A DNA stretch of 64,000 bases, taken from contig CAWAIF010000003.1 of the NCBI GenBank assembly GCA_963782055.1, positions 6,939,165 through 7,003,164 on the forward strand, read 5' to 3'. Position numbers and translations under genes: made by a program. This stretch comes from an uncultured delta proteobacterium (GTDB lineage: Bacteria > Myxococcota_A > Polyangia > Polyangiales > Polyangiaceae). Below are positions 20,007 to 30,139 of this stretch, one piece after another. How positions within the stretch are numbered: the stretch's first letter is position 1; each line of letters begins with the position of its first letter. Under the pieces are notes generated by a model. It was not told the origin of the DNA. It searched no databases and saw only the letters and a program-made list of their open reading frames with translations.

Positions 20007-20699
20007 GTGGAGACGGCGCTCAGCCGCTTGCCCGCCGCGGCTCGCGCGCGGGTGGCCTGGGCGAAGAAGCCCATCGAGAGCGCTCTCGCCCGCCTCCGCA
20101 CGGAGCCCTTGACGGACGACCTCGTGGCGCGGGTCGCGGAGGAGGCGTGGAAGCCCATCGCGTCGCTCGGTCGTGCTGCCTGGGAGATCATGGACAGCGA
20201 CCTCGACGAGTGGCGGGCGAGGTTCGTGGACGACTTCAAGCAGGAGGAGCGGCAGCTCGCCGACTTCGTCGGCGACGACGACGCGCGCGATACCTTGCGC
20301 TGGGTGCTCGGGCTTCTCCAGTCGTTCCTCGGCCTGGCGCTCGCGGTACCGGCCGACCTCGTGATCCCGCCGGACGAAGCGCTCTTCGCCTCGCTCGGTG
20401 CCGACCAGGACTTCCAGCCCTACCCCCGCGCGTTGGTCGCGCTGATGGGCGCGGCCGAGACGAGGAAGGCCGGGGGCGATCCCGAGCGAGCGCGGGAGCT
20501 ACTCGACGTCGCCTTCCTGGAGATGAACAGGTTCAGGGCCACGCTTCGGCGAGCCGGCGTGTCCTTGACGCCGTTCCCCAACGAGACGGTGGAAGAGCGT
20601 CGTCGAGGGCTCCTGGAGAGTGCAGAGCGCCTGCGCCGCTCCCTCTCGGACGAGGACTGGCGCGTGCTCGAGCAAGCCCGCATGCGCGATCTTCGGTGA
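20007..20699 (+). CDS. Hypothetical protein, probable antitoxin partner of the PIN toxin
   Basis: 230 aa; stop overlaps the PIN gene start (GTGATG). Confidence 0.7.
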   Translation: METALSRLPAAARARVAWAKKPIESALARLRTEPLTDDLVARVAEEAWKPIASLGRAAWEIMDSDLDEWRARFVDDFKQEERQLADFVGDDDARDTLRWVLGLLQSFLGLALAVPADLVIPPDEALFASLGADQDFQPYPRALVALMGAAETRKAGGDPERARELLDVAFLEMNRFRATLRRAGVSLTPFPNETVEERRRGLLESAERLRRSLSDEDWRVLEQARMRDLR

Positions 20700-21142
20700 T
20701 GCTGCTCGACACGAACATCGTGTCGGCGTTCATCAGGCGTGATGCGCAGGAGCGGACGCCCAGGGTCTACGAGTTCGTTGCGAGGCAGCTCGCGGCCGAG
20801 GGCCTCGCCATCGCGTACGTCACCCAGTTCGAGCTGAGACGCGGTATCGAGGAGCTTGTCCGGCGTGGCGAGGGTCGGCGAAAGCTCGTCCACTTCGAGA
20901 AGTTCATGGAGCGGGTTCAGGTGCTCGGCCTGGATCCCGCCATGGGCGAGGGATGGAACCTGGCTGCGCGTCTCTGGGCCGAGGGGCGAGCGAAGGGCCG
21001 CGTGTTCACGGACGCGGACCTGCTCATCGCGACCACGGCCGCCTTCCACGGACATGAGCTCGCGACCTGCGAGGTCGGCCTGGCCGATGGCCTCGCTCAG
21101 CTCACATTTCCGGTCCACGTCCGGTTGGTCCCCGTCGGGTAG
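20696..21142 (+). CDS. vapC: PIN-domain (VapC-like) toxin
   Basis: LLDTNIVS, VTQFELRRG and DADLLIATTA motifs. Confidence 0.88.
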   Translation: MMLLDTNIVSAFIRRDAQERTPRVYEFVARQLAAEGLAIAYVTQFELRRGIEELVRRGEGRRKLVHFEKFMERVQVLGLDPAMGEGWNLAARLWAEGRAKGRVFTDADLLIATTAAFHGHELATCEVGLADGLAQLTFPVHVRLVPVG

Positions 21143-21216
21143 GAGAAGCCGACCGGGTCGAGGCGGATCGCGATCGCGCCGCGGCGCGCTCATGGCAAGC
21201 TGGCGGGCGAACCGCG

Positions 21217-21993
21217 ATGACCCGACGCCGAGACCCGCACTCCTGGATCACCGTACGCCTGTCCGAGCGGGATCTCGCGGAGGTGGTCCTGGAGGTCGCC
21301 GCGCCGCTGATCGACGGGCTCGGTCCGGCGCCGTCCATCGAGGAGGCGCGCGGCGCCATCGAGCTCGCCATCGCGTTCTGGAACGCGAGCGTGCGCGCCT
21401 CGAAGCTATGGGGGCGCCCGCGGGTCAAGGCGCTGAACGATCTCAGGAGACGCATGCGAGGGCGTCGGGACTCGCCGGGCGATGACACCACGTTCGAGCG
21501 GCTCACCGAGCGCTGGCGCGATCACTGGACCGATCCGCGGCTCGTGGAGAGCTGGACGTACGAGGCGGATGCCGCGGGCGTGCCACGGCTCGTGTGCGCG
21601 ACGGCGCTGCCCGAGGGGGTGAAGGCCGAGGTCCCGCCGCCCGTCGAGAAGCGGATCTCCATCGGCGGCAGGTTCCTCGACGAGGTGAGGATCCCGCTGC
21701 GCGGCAACGCGCGCCTGGCCTTCCCGGTCGAGCGGCATCACGGGGTGATCGGCGACGACGGTACGGTGACCGTGCACGCGATGATGCCGTCGGTCCTGCA
21801 GCTCTTCGCCGAAGGCCTTCTGCCCCGCGTCGGCTCCGAACCGGTCGAGGTCGTCGTGGGCGGTCGCGCGCTCGGTCCGCTGGTGCTCGCCGAGCTGCGG
21901 TGCGGCGAAGAGAGCTCCCGCCACGACGTGGCCATCCTCGTCTTCCGGCCGATCTCCGCGTCGCGCGGCATCCCTCCTCCGGCGTCGCGGTAG
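21217..21993 (+). CDS. Hypothetical protein
   Basis: 258-aa ORF with typical codon usage. Confidence 0.7.
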   Translation: MTRRRDPHSWITVRLSERDLAEVVLEVAAPLIDGLGPAPSIEEARGAIELAIAFWNASVRASKLWGRPRVKALNDLRRRMRGRRDSPGDDTTFERLTERWRDHWTDPRLVESWTYEADAAGVPRLVCATALPEGVKAEVPPPVEKRISIGGRFLDEVRIPLRGNARLAFPVERHHGVIGDDGTVTVHAMMPSVLQLFAEGLLPRVGSEPVEVVVGGRALGPLVLAELRCGEESSRHDVAILVFRPISASRGIPPPASR

Positions 21994-21998
21994 GGTCC

Positions 21999-22135
21999 GT
22001 GGTCGCCGCCGCCTCCCTCGCCCGGTACGCCGACACGCACGAGCAGCGCCTCCTGCTGCACGACGTGACGTGGAAGGACTACGTGCTGCTGCGTGAGACG
22101 CTCGACGCGCCGGGTCTCCGGATGACCGACGGAGG
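21999..22135 (+). pseudogene. Uma2-family endonuclease N-terminal remnant
   Basis: EQRLLLHDVTWKDYVLLRETLDAPGLRMT resembles the Uma2 N-terminus, then breaks off. Confidence 0.6.
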
Positions 22136-22173
22136 CTGCCCCCAAGGTACGAACCCGTCCCCGGCGCGCGACC

Positions 22174-23028
22174 TCAGAAGCTGAGCGCGAGCTTCACCGA
22201 GCCGAGGTCGGGGTTCTTGGACACCAGGGTCGCGTCGAGCAATCCGTGGACCACGTACGTCGCCGTGCCGGCGCAATCGTCTGGCTGGTAGAGCGCCACC
22301 GAGGTCAGCGTGAGCGCCGCGGAGCCCTCCGGCTGCGCCGTCGTCCCGGCGAGGCAACCTGCGAGCTGGGTCGTGTAGCAATCTTCGGGGACAATCGGCA
22401 CGCAGGTCGGGTGGGCGATGGATCCCTCGGCGCCGCAGCCGGGTGGACAGGGCGGCGACATGCCGCTGCCACAGTCCACTCCAGGCGGGATCGGATGCAG
22501 GACGCAGAGCGCGAGCCCGCCACACGCGGCGTAGGTGCCCGGGGCGGCTTCGGTCACGCCGATCATTCCATTCACGGATGCGGCGGTCGCGTCCGGGGGC
22601 GTCGTGATGTGAACGGCGTCCGGCGCGTCGGCCGGGACCGGATCGGCGAGGAAGAAGAGGAGCTGACTCGGCTGGGCAAGGGTCTTGGGGACGCGCTCGA
22701 GGGTGACCGACTGGCCACCGAGGCAGATGTCTGCGTCGAGATCCGGCCCCGTCAACGTCCCGAACGCGGGGACGTAGTACGGCTGCGGCATCACGGCGGC
22801 GGAGGTGCACGCGGGGATGCCCGCGAGCCCCGCGTCGCCCGCGTCGAAGGCGTCCGGATTCACGCCCGCCTCGGAGACGCAGGGCGCTGCATCCTGGATC
22901 GCGGGGGCACCGGCATCGACGGGCGCGAGCGGTCGGCCGCGGCCCGGGCCGCAGGCCACGAGCGCGGCGGCGACGGCCACCACGCACACCATGTTTCGAG
23001 CCTCCATGTCGTCCCTCCAGCGCAGCAT
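22174..23028 (-). CDS. Cys-rich lipoprotein (start may be slightly downstream)
   Basis: Lipobox ALVAC, DAG linkers, many cysteines. Confidence 0.7.
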   Translation of the reverse strand: MLRWRDDMEARNMVCVVAVAAALVACGPGRGRPLAPVDAGAPAIQDAAPCVSEAGVNPDAFDAGDAGLAGIPACTSAAVMPQPYYVPAFGTLTGPDLDADICLGGQSVTLERVPKTLAQPSQLLFFLADPVPADAPDAVHITTPPDATAASVNGMIGVTEAAPGTYAACGGLALCVLHPIPPGVDCGSGMSPPCPPGCGAEGSIAHPTCVPIVPEDCYTTQLAGCLAGTTAQPEGSAALTLTSVALYQPDDCAGTATYVVHGLLDATLVSKNPDLGSVKLALSF

Positions 23029-23222
23029 GCCACCCCTTCACGTCTTCAGCCCGCACGCGATCCACGGATGCAGGCGCCGGCGCTCCTCGTCGTCGAGGTC
23101 GTCGCGATCCCGGCGCCGCCCCCGCGAGACCCGGACATCCCGATATCCAGCGGAACGTCAGCGAAGAATTGGCAGCTCGTAAAGGAGCGCGAAGCAAGGG
23201 AAGTTGGCGGCGGAGGTGACGC

Positions 23223-24043
23223 ATGACATCACCCACGATCTTCGCCATCGACTTCGGCACCAGCAACTCGCTTCTCGCGGCCGCGGACCGGACGCGCGTC
23301 TTCGAGCCCGCGCCGCTCGATCAAGCGCCACCTGCCCTCGCGCTCCTTCACCACGACGCGCATCGGCGACCGATCGGCGACGCTGGAGGATCTCGTCGGC
23401 GCGCTGCTGCGCGCGATGCGCGAGCGGGCGTCGCGCCACTTCGACGCGGACGTGAGGCGCGTCGTCATGGGGCGGCCCGCGAAGTTCTCCGCCGACGCGC
23501 AGGAGGACGCGCTCGCCGCGGCGCGACTGGAGGCGGCGGCGCGGATCGCCGGCTTCGAGGAGGTGACCTTCTGCCCGGAGCCCGTCGCCGCCGCGTACGA
23601 CTTCGCGGAGGATCTCCCCGCGCCTCGTGCTGATCGCGGACCTCGGCGGCGGGACGACGGACTACACCGTGGTGCGGATGGACGCGCCGCTCTACGACGC
23701 AGTGGAGGCGGCGAAGCGGCGGCTCTCCGACGCAACATCCATCTCCGTCGTGCTCGACTACCCCGGCGCGGAGCTCGACGTGACGACGACGCGCGCGGAG
23801 CTGGAGGCGTCCGCGGCGCGGATGGTCGAGCGGATGAAGCGGTGTCTGGATGGAGTGCTCGCCTCCGCCGGCGCGCGGCCGGAGGACATCGAGATCGTCT
23901 ATCTGACCGGCGGCACCTCGCGCATGCCGCTCGTGGAGGCGAGCTTCCGGCAGTGGCTGCCCGGCGCGAGCTTCCGCCGGCTGCAGAGCTTTCACTCGGT
24001 CGTGCGCGGGCTGGCGCGGTATGCGCGAACGGTCGCGCCGTGA
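23223..24043 (+). pseudogene. Hsp70-family (YegD-like) protein, frameshifted with internal deletions
   Basis: AIDFGTSNS, VMGRP, EPVAAA, DLGGGTTD and LTGGTS motifs split over several frames; too short for a full Hsp70 ATPase domain. Confidence 0.8.
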
Positions 24044-24151
24044 GCGGGTCACCGTCCCGTGGAGACGTGCGCCGCCGCGGGCGGGGACTGAGCCGCCGGA
24101 TCGTCCAGGCGCACCCGACCGAGTATGGGGGCACGTGCTACGCTGCTTCTC

Positions 24152-24727
24152 GTGTCCATCGCCGCGCACGATGTCCGCTACCGCCTGCACGAGTACCTGG
24201 CGTTCGAGGCCTCGAGCAACGTCAAGCACGAGTATCTCGCGGGACAAATCTACGCGATGGCGGGCGGCACACCGGAGCACGCTGCGCTCGCGGCCGCCCT
24301 GCTCGGCCAGCTCTACGCACAGCTTCGCGGCGGCCGGTGCCGCGCGTACGACGCCGATCTACGCGTTCGCGTCCGGGCGAGCAATCTCGTCACCTACCCC
24401 GACGCGTCGGTCATCTGCGGACCCGTGGAGCGCGACGCCGACGACCCGATGGCCGCCCTCAACCCGACCTTGCTCGTCGAGATCCTGAGCGACAGCACCG
24501 AGCGATACGACCGCGGCGAGAAGTTCGAGCACTACAAGAAGCTCGCGGCGCTCGAGCAGTACGTCCTGGTCTCCCATGGTGACCGGCGCGTCGAGGTCTG
24601 GACGCGCGACGGCGAGGAGTGGACGCGCGCGATCGCCGAGGACGGCCAGACCGCCGAGCTCACCTCCATCGGCGCGAAGCTGGACGTCCGCGAGCTCTAC
24701 GACGCCGCGAGGGAGCCGACGCCGTAG
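24152..24727 (+). CDS. Uma2 family endonuclease
   Basis: KHEYLAGQIYAMAGGTPEH, YPDASVICG, VEILSDST..YDRGEK. Confidence 0.9.
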   Translation: MSIAAHDVRYRLHEYLAFEASSNVKHEYLAGQIYAMAGGTPEHAALAAALLGQLYAQLRGGRCRAYDADLRVRVRASNLVTYPDASVICGPVERDADDPMAALNPTLLVEILSDSTERYDRGEKFEHYKKLAALEQYVLVSHGDRRVEVWTRDGEEWTRAIAEDGQTAELTSIGAKLDVRELYDAAREPTP

Positions 24728-24795
24728 CTCAGGCGCCGCCGCGCGCCGCCGCGAGACGATGTCCGGTGATCCATCGGCGGCGATGCTATGGCGGC

Positions 24796-25362
24796 TCACG
24801 GCACGGCTCGCTGCGCCGCGGCCCACTCCTCCTCGAGCCCCATCTCGCGCACCCACCGCTCGACGTAGGCCCGGTCGAGCGCATCGCCGCTCGCCGCCAG
24901 GATCCCGGCGACGTCGCGGCGCTGGCGCTCCGAGCCGCCCGACTGGGCCGACCACTCCAGCTTGGCGACGATGGTGTCCTCGGGCGTCGCGACGAACACC
25001 TCGATGCCGAGCAAGGGCATCCGCGTCCGTCTCGCGAACTCCTCGTGGCTGAACGCGCGGTTCTTCCGGATGATGAAGTCGATCTTCCAGCCGGAGGCCT
25101 GATCGATCACGTTGAACATCGACCTGCGGCGGAGCGCATCGCGCGCCGCGTCGGCATCGACGTAGTACTGTTCGGGCGTCAGCGCGCGGAGGAAGGCTTC
25201 GAGGGAGTCCGCACCCGGCGGGTCGATGACGATGTCGATGTCCTGCGTGGTGCGCGGCAGACCGTGCGCCGTGCTGGCGAACGACCCGGCGATCATGAAG
25301 GGGATCGACGTGGCGTCCAGCAGGCCGACAATCCGATCGAGGAGCCCCTCGAGCGTCGTCAT
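24796..25362 (-). CDS. Nucleotidyltransferase (MenT1/DUF6036-like), pair 1
   Basis: IAGSFASTAHGLPRTTQDID...ATPEDTIVAKL. Confidence 0.85.
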   Translation of the reverse strand: MTTLEGLLDRIVGLLDATSIPFMIAGSFASTAHGLPRTTQDIDIVIDPPGADSLEAFLRALTPEQYYVDADAARDALRRRSMFNVIDQASGWKIDFIIRKNRAFSHEEFARRTRMPLLGIEVFVATPEDTIVAKLEWSAQSGGSERQRRDVAGILAASGDALDRAYVERWVREMGLEEEWAAAQRAVP

Positions 25363-25604
25363 CGACGGCCGGTGACGCGCGCCGTGAGCTCCGGCCCCCA
25401 GATGCGCCGGAGCACCGCGAGGCGCGCCTCCTCCTCCCCGAGGTCCGGGTGACGGCGGCGCTCCCCCTCGATCGCGATGCGTCTGGCGTCCTCGCTCATC
25501 TCCGCCGCCATGCGCACGCGGCCGGCAGGCCCGAGCCGGCGCGCCGCGGCGATCTGCGCGCGCCGCGCGTCCTCGGAGGTGTCTCCGCCGTCCCGTCCGG
25601 TCAT
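25359..25604 (-). CDS. Small helical protein (MenA1-like putative antitoxin), pair 1
   Basis: 81 aa, RVRMAAEMSE...RRRHPDL; ATGA overlap with the NTase. Confidence 0.75.
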   Translation of the reverse strand: MTGRDGGDTSEDARRAQIAAARRLGPAGRVRMAAEMSEDARRIAIEGERRRHPDLGEEEARLAVLRRIWGPELTARVTGRR

Positions 25605-25659
25605 CCGAGCCAGCGTAGCACCACCCGCCGCGCGCCGCGGCCGGCTCACGCGCTTGCGG

Positions 25660-25765
25660 CGCGAGGGCGCCCAGCGCGACCCACGCGAGCGAGGTCTCGC
25701 CGGGCGTGTCGCCCACGACGTCGCACCCGCAGCCGCCCGAGTTGCCGGCGTCCGGGTTCCCCCCG
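25660..25765 (-). pseudogene. Remnant of a MYXO-CTERM tail paralogous to the SBBP gene end
   Basis: GNSGGCGCDVVGDTPGETSLAWVALGAL versus GNTGGCGCDVVGDTRSEGWLAWAALGAL at about 19740-19825. Confidence 0.7.
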
Positions 25766-25970
25766 CCCGCACAACGGCGAAGAAGCACCCGCGGTACGCT
25801 AGGACGAAGTCCATCGTCTTGCGGACGTTCCGCGCGGCCTACCCCGGCGCGCCGAAGGACGACGCCGCCGTCCTCCGCCTGGATCCGAACGATCTCCTTC
25901 CTGGTCACCCGCCGGAACGGCAAGCTCGCGCGCTGAAGTCCGGGGCGTGAGCTGCTACACTGAGAGAGAG

Positions 25971-26198
25971 GTGAACGCCGCGGAGAGGAGAGCAGCTCGA
26001 GCGAACTGGCGCGGCCACGTCTTCCATTCCTGGGAGGAAGCCGACGACTTCGACGTCGAGTTCTGGCTCGCGATCCCCGTCGACGAGCGCGCGCACGTGA
26101 CCTGGGAGCTCAGCCGCGAGGTCTGGGCGCTCGCCCACCCCGACGAACCGCATGAACCCCGACTTCCTCGATCTGTTGCGGTCGTTACTCGCCGCTGA
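25971..26198 (+). CDS. Small putative antitoxin, pair 2
   Basis: DDFDVEFWLAIPVDERA...PRLPRSV; overlaps the NTase start. Confidence 0.75.
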   Translation: MNAAERRAARANWRGHVFHSWEEADDFDVEFWLAIPVDERAHVTWELSREVWALAHPDEPHEPRLPRSVAVVTRR

Positions 26199-26640
26199 CG
26201 CCCGCTTCATGGTGGTCGGGGCGTACGCGGTCGGCGTGCACGGGCGGCCGCGCGCGACCAAGGACCTCGACGTGTGGGTCGAGGCGAGCGTCGAGAACGC
26301 GCCGAAGGTGATCCAGGCGCTCACCGACTTCGGCGCTCCACTCATGGGGCTGACGCAGAAGGATCTCGAGACACCGGAGGCCGGCCTGCAGATCGGACGC
26401 GAGCCGCTGCGAGTCGATGTGCTCACGAAGATCTCCGGTCCGACGTTCGAGCAAGCTTGGCCCGCGCGAACCCATGCGGATTTCGGCGAAGGCGTACGGT
26501 GCCCGGTCATCGGGATCGAGGCGCTGATCGCCAACAAGCGCGCGGCGGGCAGGCCGCAGGATCTCGCAGACGTCGCAGCGCTCGAGAGGATCCGCGCGAA
26601 GACGGTCGGACGAGATGGCGGTGGTCGCGGGTCTCGGTAG
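26152..26640 (+). CDS. Nucleotidyltransferase (MenT1/DUF6036-like), pair 2
   Basis: VVGAYAVGVHGRPRATKDLD...LIANKRAAGRPQDLAD. Confidence 0.88.
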   Translation: MNPDFLDLLRSLLAADARFMVVGAYAVGVHGRPRATKDLDVWVEASVENAPKVIQALTDFGAPLMGLTQKDLETPEAGLQIGREPLRVDVLTKISGPTFEQAWPARTHADFGEGVRCPVIGIEALIANKRAAGRPQDLADVAALERIRAKTVGRDGGGRGSR

Positions 26641-26750
26641 GGGTGAGCTCCCGTCCGGCTCCACGGCACACCGGGTCCGCAGCGCTCCAGGAGGCTCGAG
26701 CAGGCGACCCAGGGCCACCGCCCCGCCCGCAGGCGCCGGGCGTGATGGCG

Positions 26751-27225
26751 TCAGCGACGCTTCTTCTCGGCCGCGATCGAGGCCAGGCAATCTTCGATGC
26801 TCTCGAGCGCGATCCGATCTTTGACTCGGCCTGCGGCACGCTTGCTGGCGGCGATGCGTTCGAGTCCGAGCACCGGCAAGGGGATGCCGTCCACCACCTC
26901 CTCGTGGACGTAGGGGAGCTCGTCGGCGAACCTGCCGAGCCCGCTCATCGTCGTGACCGCGTCGAAGCGCTCGCCCGGAGCGCCACCGATGCGCGGCGGA
27001 GACATTCCAAACGTGCCGGACACCCAGAATCCCGCCGGCTGCGCGAACGGCGTCGGCAATGCGAGGATCACTCGTGTCTTCGAACCAGAGGTCGATGTGC
27101 TCCGTGGATCCCCGCGCCCCCTGGATGAGCGCGGCGCTCATCCCCACGACCATGAATCGCACGCCGCGCGCGCGAAGCTCGTGGAGCAGCGCCTGCTCAG
27201 CGGGTGTGAACGCGGAGTCGGGCAT
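26751..27225 (-). pseudogene. Nucleotidyltransferase, pair 3, frameshifted near 27030
   Basis: FMVVGMSAA...TEHIDLWF in one frame; IAASKRAAGRVKD in another. Confidence 0.75.
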
Positions 27226-27385
27226 GACGAAGGCCGAGCTCGAGGCGGGCGGACGGCGATCGCTCGAGTTGCTTCAGCGTCCAGTAGATATCGTCCGGAT
27301 CGCGGCCAGCTTGCGCGGCGATCTCCCTGGCGCGCGCGCGGAGAGCGTCGTCGTGATCGAGCCACTCCTGGTCGGTCGTGCCCAC
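27197..27385 (-). CDS. Small putative antitoxin, pair 3
   Basis: 62 aa, LERSPSARLELGL; TACAAT 6 nt upstream of the GTG. Confidence 0.65.
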   Translation of the reverse strand: MGTTDQEWLDHDDALRARAREIAAQAGRDPDDIYWTLKQLERSPSARLELGLRHARLRVHTR

Positions 27386-27487
27386 GCCCGAATTGTAGAT
27401 CCGCTGGGCGGCGCGCGAAAGGCCCCGGCAACGCCAAGCCCTTGCGGGCGCGCGTACGACGCGGCGTGAGGGGGCGAGCACGCGACG

Positions 27488-29140
27488 CTACGACGCGAGG
27501 AAGCGGTTTCGCGCCGGGTCGTTGTAGCGCGCCCAGTCGATCGCGAAGGGGGTGACGCGGCTCGCGCCGTCCTGCCAGCGGATGGTGAGGCCCATCGGGG
27601 TCACCTCCCGGTAGTTGCTGGTCTCCGGCAGATCCTGGCTCGTCGCGCCGCCCGCGGAGAAGAGGGTGTAGAGGCTCCCGTCGTAGGTGGTGCGGAAGCC
27701 CTCGACGATGCGCTCGTGCCCCCGCACCATCACCGAGGCGCCGACGCGCGCGAGGAAGGCGCGGAACTGCGCGGAGCCGTAGCCGAAGCGGGCGGCGGCC
27801 TTCTGCAGCTCGTCGGGGACCACCTCGGTGTCGCTCGGATCGCTCCACATCATCTGGAAGCGCAGGTCGGGATCGTTGAGGGAGGAGAGGTCCTGCCACT
27901 TCTCCGCGAGCGCCGCCGCGCGGGGGATGCCCGCGTGCACGAAGAAGAAGCGATCGAAGGCGAGCGACGTCGGGAGCGCCTCGAACATGCGCATGTACTC
28001 GGCGAAGAAGGCGTCGCTCGCCACGTCCTTCAGACCCGCCATCCCCTCCGCGGGGCGCACCGGCGCCAGGATGCGCCCCTGGTGCTCGAGGTAGTACTCG
28101 TGGTTGCCGCGCAGGAAGTACACCGCGTCCGGCACCGTGACGAACAGGCGCATCGCCGTCCGCAGCACGCCGTCGAAGCTGAACCGGCCGCGATCGATGT
28201 AGTCGCCGAGCAGGACGAGGCGCGTGTCCGGGGTGTGCTCCGGATCGTCCGCGTGCGCCTGCACCTTGGCGAGGAAGTCGGTCTGCATCAGCGCGGCCTT
28301 GAGGCACGAGTAGCAGCCGTGCAGATCCCCGAGGACGATCAGCTCGTACTGCGCGCGCGGGTCGGGAGGCAGCACGTGGACGTGCCCGTCGAGGAAGCCC
28401 GGCTGACCGGCGAAGTCGGCGAAGCTCGCGGCGCCCGCGAGCTTGCCGGCGCCCGGCGCGCGCAGCCGCTCCAGCGTGCTCGTCACCTGCCGCACCAGCG
28501 CGAGATCCTGCGCGGCGGCCTTCGCGAAGCCGGCGGCGTCCCGCGGGAACGGGCGCTCCTCGCGGGTGAAGAAGGGGTGGTCGTCGACGCGCGGGACGAG
28601 CACCTCCGGCCCGTCGATCGTGATCTGACCCTCGACCGCCTCCGGCTCCTCGAGGATCTCGATCTCCACCGGCTCCGCGAGCAGCCGCTGGAGGTCCTCG
28701 CGCAGCCGCTGCTCCTGCGGGTGGACGACCTCGTCCGCGGCGATGAGCTCGTCGACGATCTCCAGCAGGTGCGCCTGCGCGTCCTGGTCGAACGGGCGGA
28801 GCAGCTCGTAGCAGCGGAGCGCCACCCTCGCGTAGACGAACTGCTCGGTGCTCTCCCCCTCGGCGACCGACTCGGTGAAGAGGGCGGCGATCTCGCGGTC
28901 GATGGTCGCCGCCACGCGCTGGAACTGGGCGGTCGCGCGCGCGGTCGCCACCTGCCGCGCGAGCGGATCGGGCACCGCCTCGACCATGCGGTCCTCGACC
29001 AGCTTCGCGATCTTCTCCTGCACGAAGCGCTTCTCGGAGAGCGCGAACTTGCCGTCCATGTGGCCGAAGGCGGTCAGCAGGTAGACGATCGCCAGCATCT
29101 GCTGCTTCGCCACCGCCGGGTCGGAGCTGAACATCGTCAT
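27488..29140 (-). CDS. TerB-like domain + PPP-family metallophosphoesterase
   Basis: TerB-like GHMDGKF..SEK and IAADEVVHPQE; phosphatase motifs GDLHG, GDYIDRG, RGNHE, HAG, RGHE. Confidence 0.88.
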   Translation of the reverse strand: MTMFSSDPAVAKQQMLAIVYLLTAFGHMDGKFALSEKRFVQEKIAKLVEDRMVEAVPDPLARQVATARATAQFQRVAATIDREIAALFTESVAEGESTEQFVYARVALRCYELLRPFDQDAQAHLLEIVDELIAADEVVHPQEQRLREDLQRLLAEPVEIEILEEPEAVEGQITIDGPEVLVPRVDDHPFFTREERPFPRDAAGFAKAAAQDLALVRQVTSTLERLRAPGAGKLAGAASFADFAGQPGFLDGHVHVLPPDPRAQYELIVLGDLHGCYSCLKAALMQTDFLAKVQAHADDPEHTPDTRLVLLGDYIDRGRFSFDGVLRTAMRLFVTVPDAVYFLRGNHEYYLEHQGRILAPVRPAEGMAGLKDVASDAFFAEYMRMFEALPTSLAFDRFFFVHAGIPRAAALAEKWQDLSSLNDPDLRFQMMWSDPSDTEVVPDELQKAAARFGYGSAQFRAFLARVGASVMVRGHERIVEGFRTTYDGSLYTLFSAGGATSQDLPETSNYREVTPMGLTIRWQDGASRVTPFAIDWARYNDPARNRFLAS

Positions 29141-29251
29141 GCGAGCGCCCTCGACGGTATCAGCCGTGCGGATCCGCGCGCAACGAGGCCGCCGACGCCG
29201 CGGGGGCCGGGCCCCGTCTGGCGCGGCCGGGGTGCTACACTCCGCAACGTC

Positions 29252-30040
29252 ATGGGGTGGACACGCGCAGGGCGAGACGAGGTGGTGCGCGGCCGGTCCG
29301 GCGGCGTGGTGCCGTGGCTGCTCCTCGCTGTCCTCGTCGTCGGCGCGCTCGCCTGTCATCAGGGCTCGGAAGATCCCTTGATGCAGGCGGCGGAGGCGGA
29401 CGACCGCGCGGCAGCCCAGCGCTTGCTGGCAGCCGGAGAGGACGTCAACACCGACTTCGCCGGCCGCGATCACGACGACAAGGGAGGCTGGTGGTACGAC
29501 GGCTCCACGCCCCTGATGGAGGCGGCGTGCAAGGGCCACGACAAGATGGTCGATCTGCTCATCACCAAGGGCGCGCGGGTGGATCAGACGGCGACCGTCA
29601 ATCTGCGGACCATTCAATGGGGGAAGCCGCTCCACCAGCTGCGGAAGGGCTGGACCCCGCTCCTCTGCGCCGCGGCCCGCGGACAGTACTACGCGGTCAA
29701 GGCGCTGATCGACCATCACGCCGGCGTGAACGTCCAGGCTGACGATGGGTTCACCCCCCTCCATTACGCGGTCGCGGTCGACAAGACGGGCATCGTCAAG
29801 GCGCTGCTCGCGGCCAAGGCGAACGTCGACGCCGCCGACAAGACGGGGCAGACCCCGCTGCACCTCGCCGCAAAGCGCGGATACGTGGATGTCGTGCCGC
29901 TCCTCGCCGCCGCGAACGCGAACGTCAACGCGCGCAACGGGAAGGGCCAGACGCCGCTGGACGTCGCGAGCAGCGAGGACATGCGCGACGCCCTCCGCAA
30001 GGTGGGCGGGAAGCGCGCCGACGACCCGCCCGCGCCGTAG
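29252..30040 (+). CDS. Ankyrin repeat lipoprotein
   Basis: GSTPLMEAA, GWTPLLCAA, GFTPLHYAV, GQTPLHLAA; lipobox ALAC. Confidence 0.88.
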   Translation: MGWTRAGRDEVVRGRSGGVVPWLLLAVLVVGALACHQGSEDPLMQAAEADDRAAAQRLLAAGEDVNTDFAGRDHDDKGGWWYDGSTPLMEAACKGHDKMVDLLITKGARVDQTATVNLRTIQWGKPLHQLRKGWTPLLCAAARGQYYAVKALIDHHAGVNVQADDGFTPLHYAVAVDKTGIVKALLAAKANVDAADKTGQTPLHLAAKRGYVDVVPLLAAANANVNARNGKGQTPLDVASSEDMRDALRKVGGKRADDPPAP

Positions 30041-30139
30041 AAGCGAGGGCCATTGGAATGCGTGGTGGCGTCGACCTCGCGCGTCTACTGGACCGATCGC
30101 GGCCAATCCACGGCGTTGCCGTGATACCGTTCATGCATG

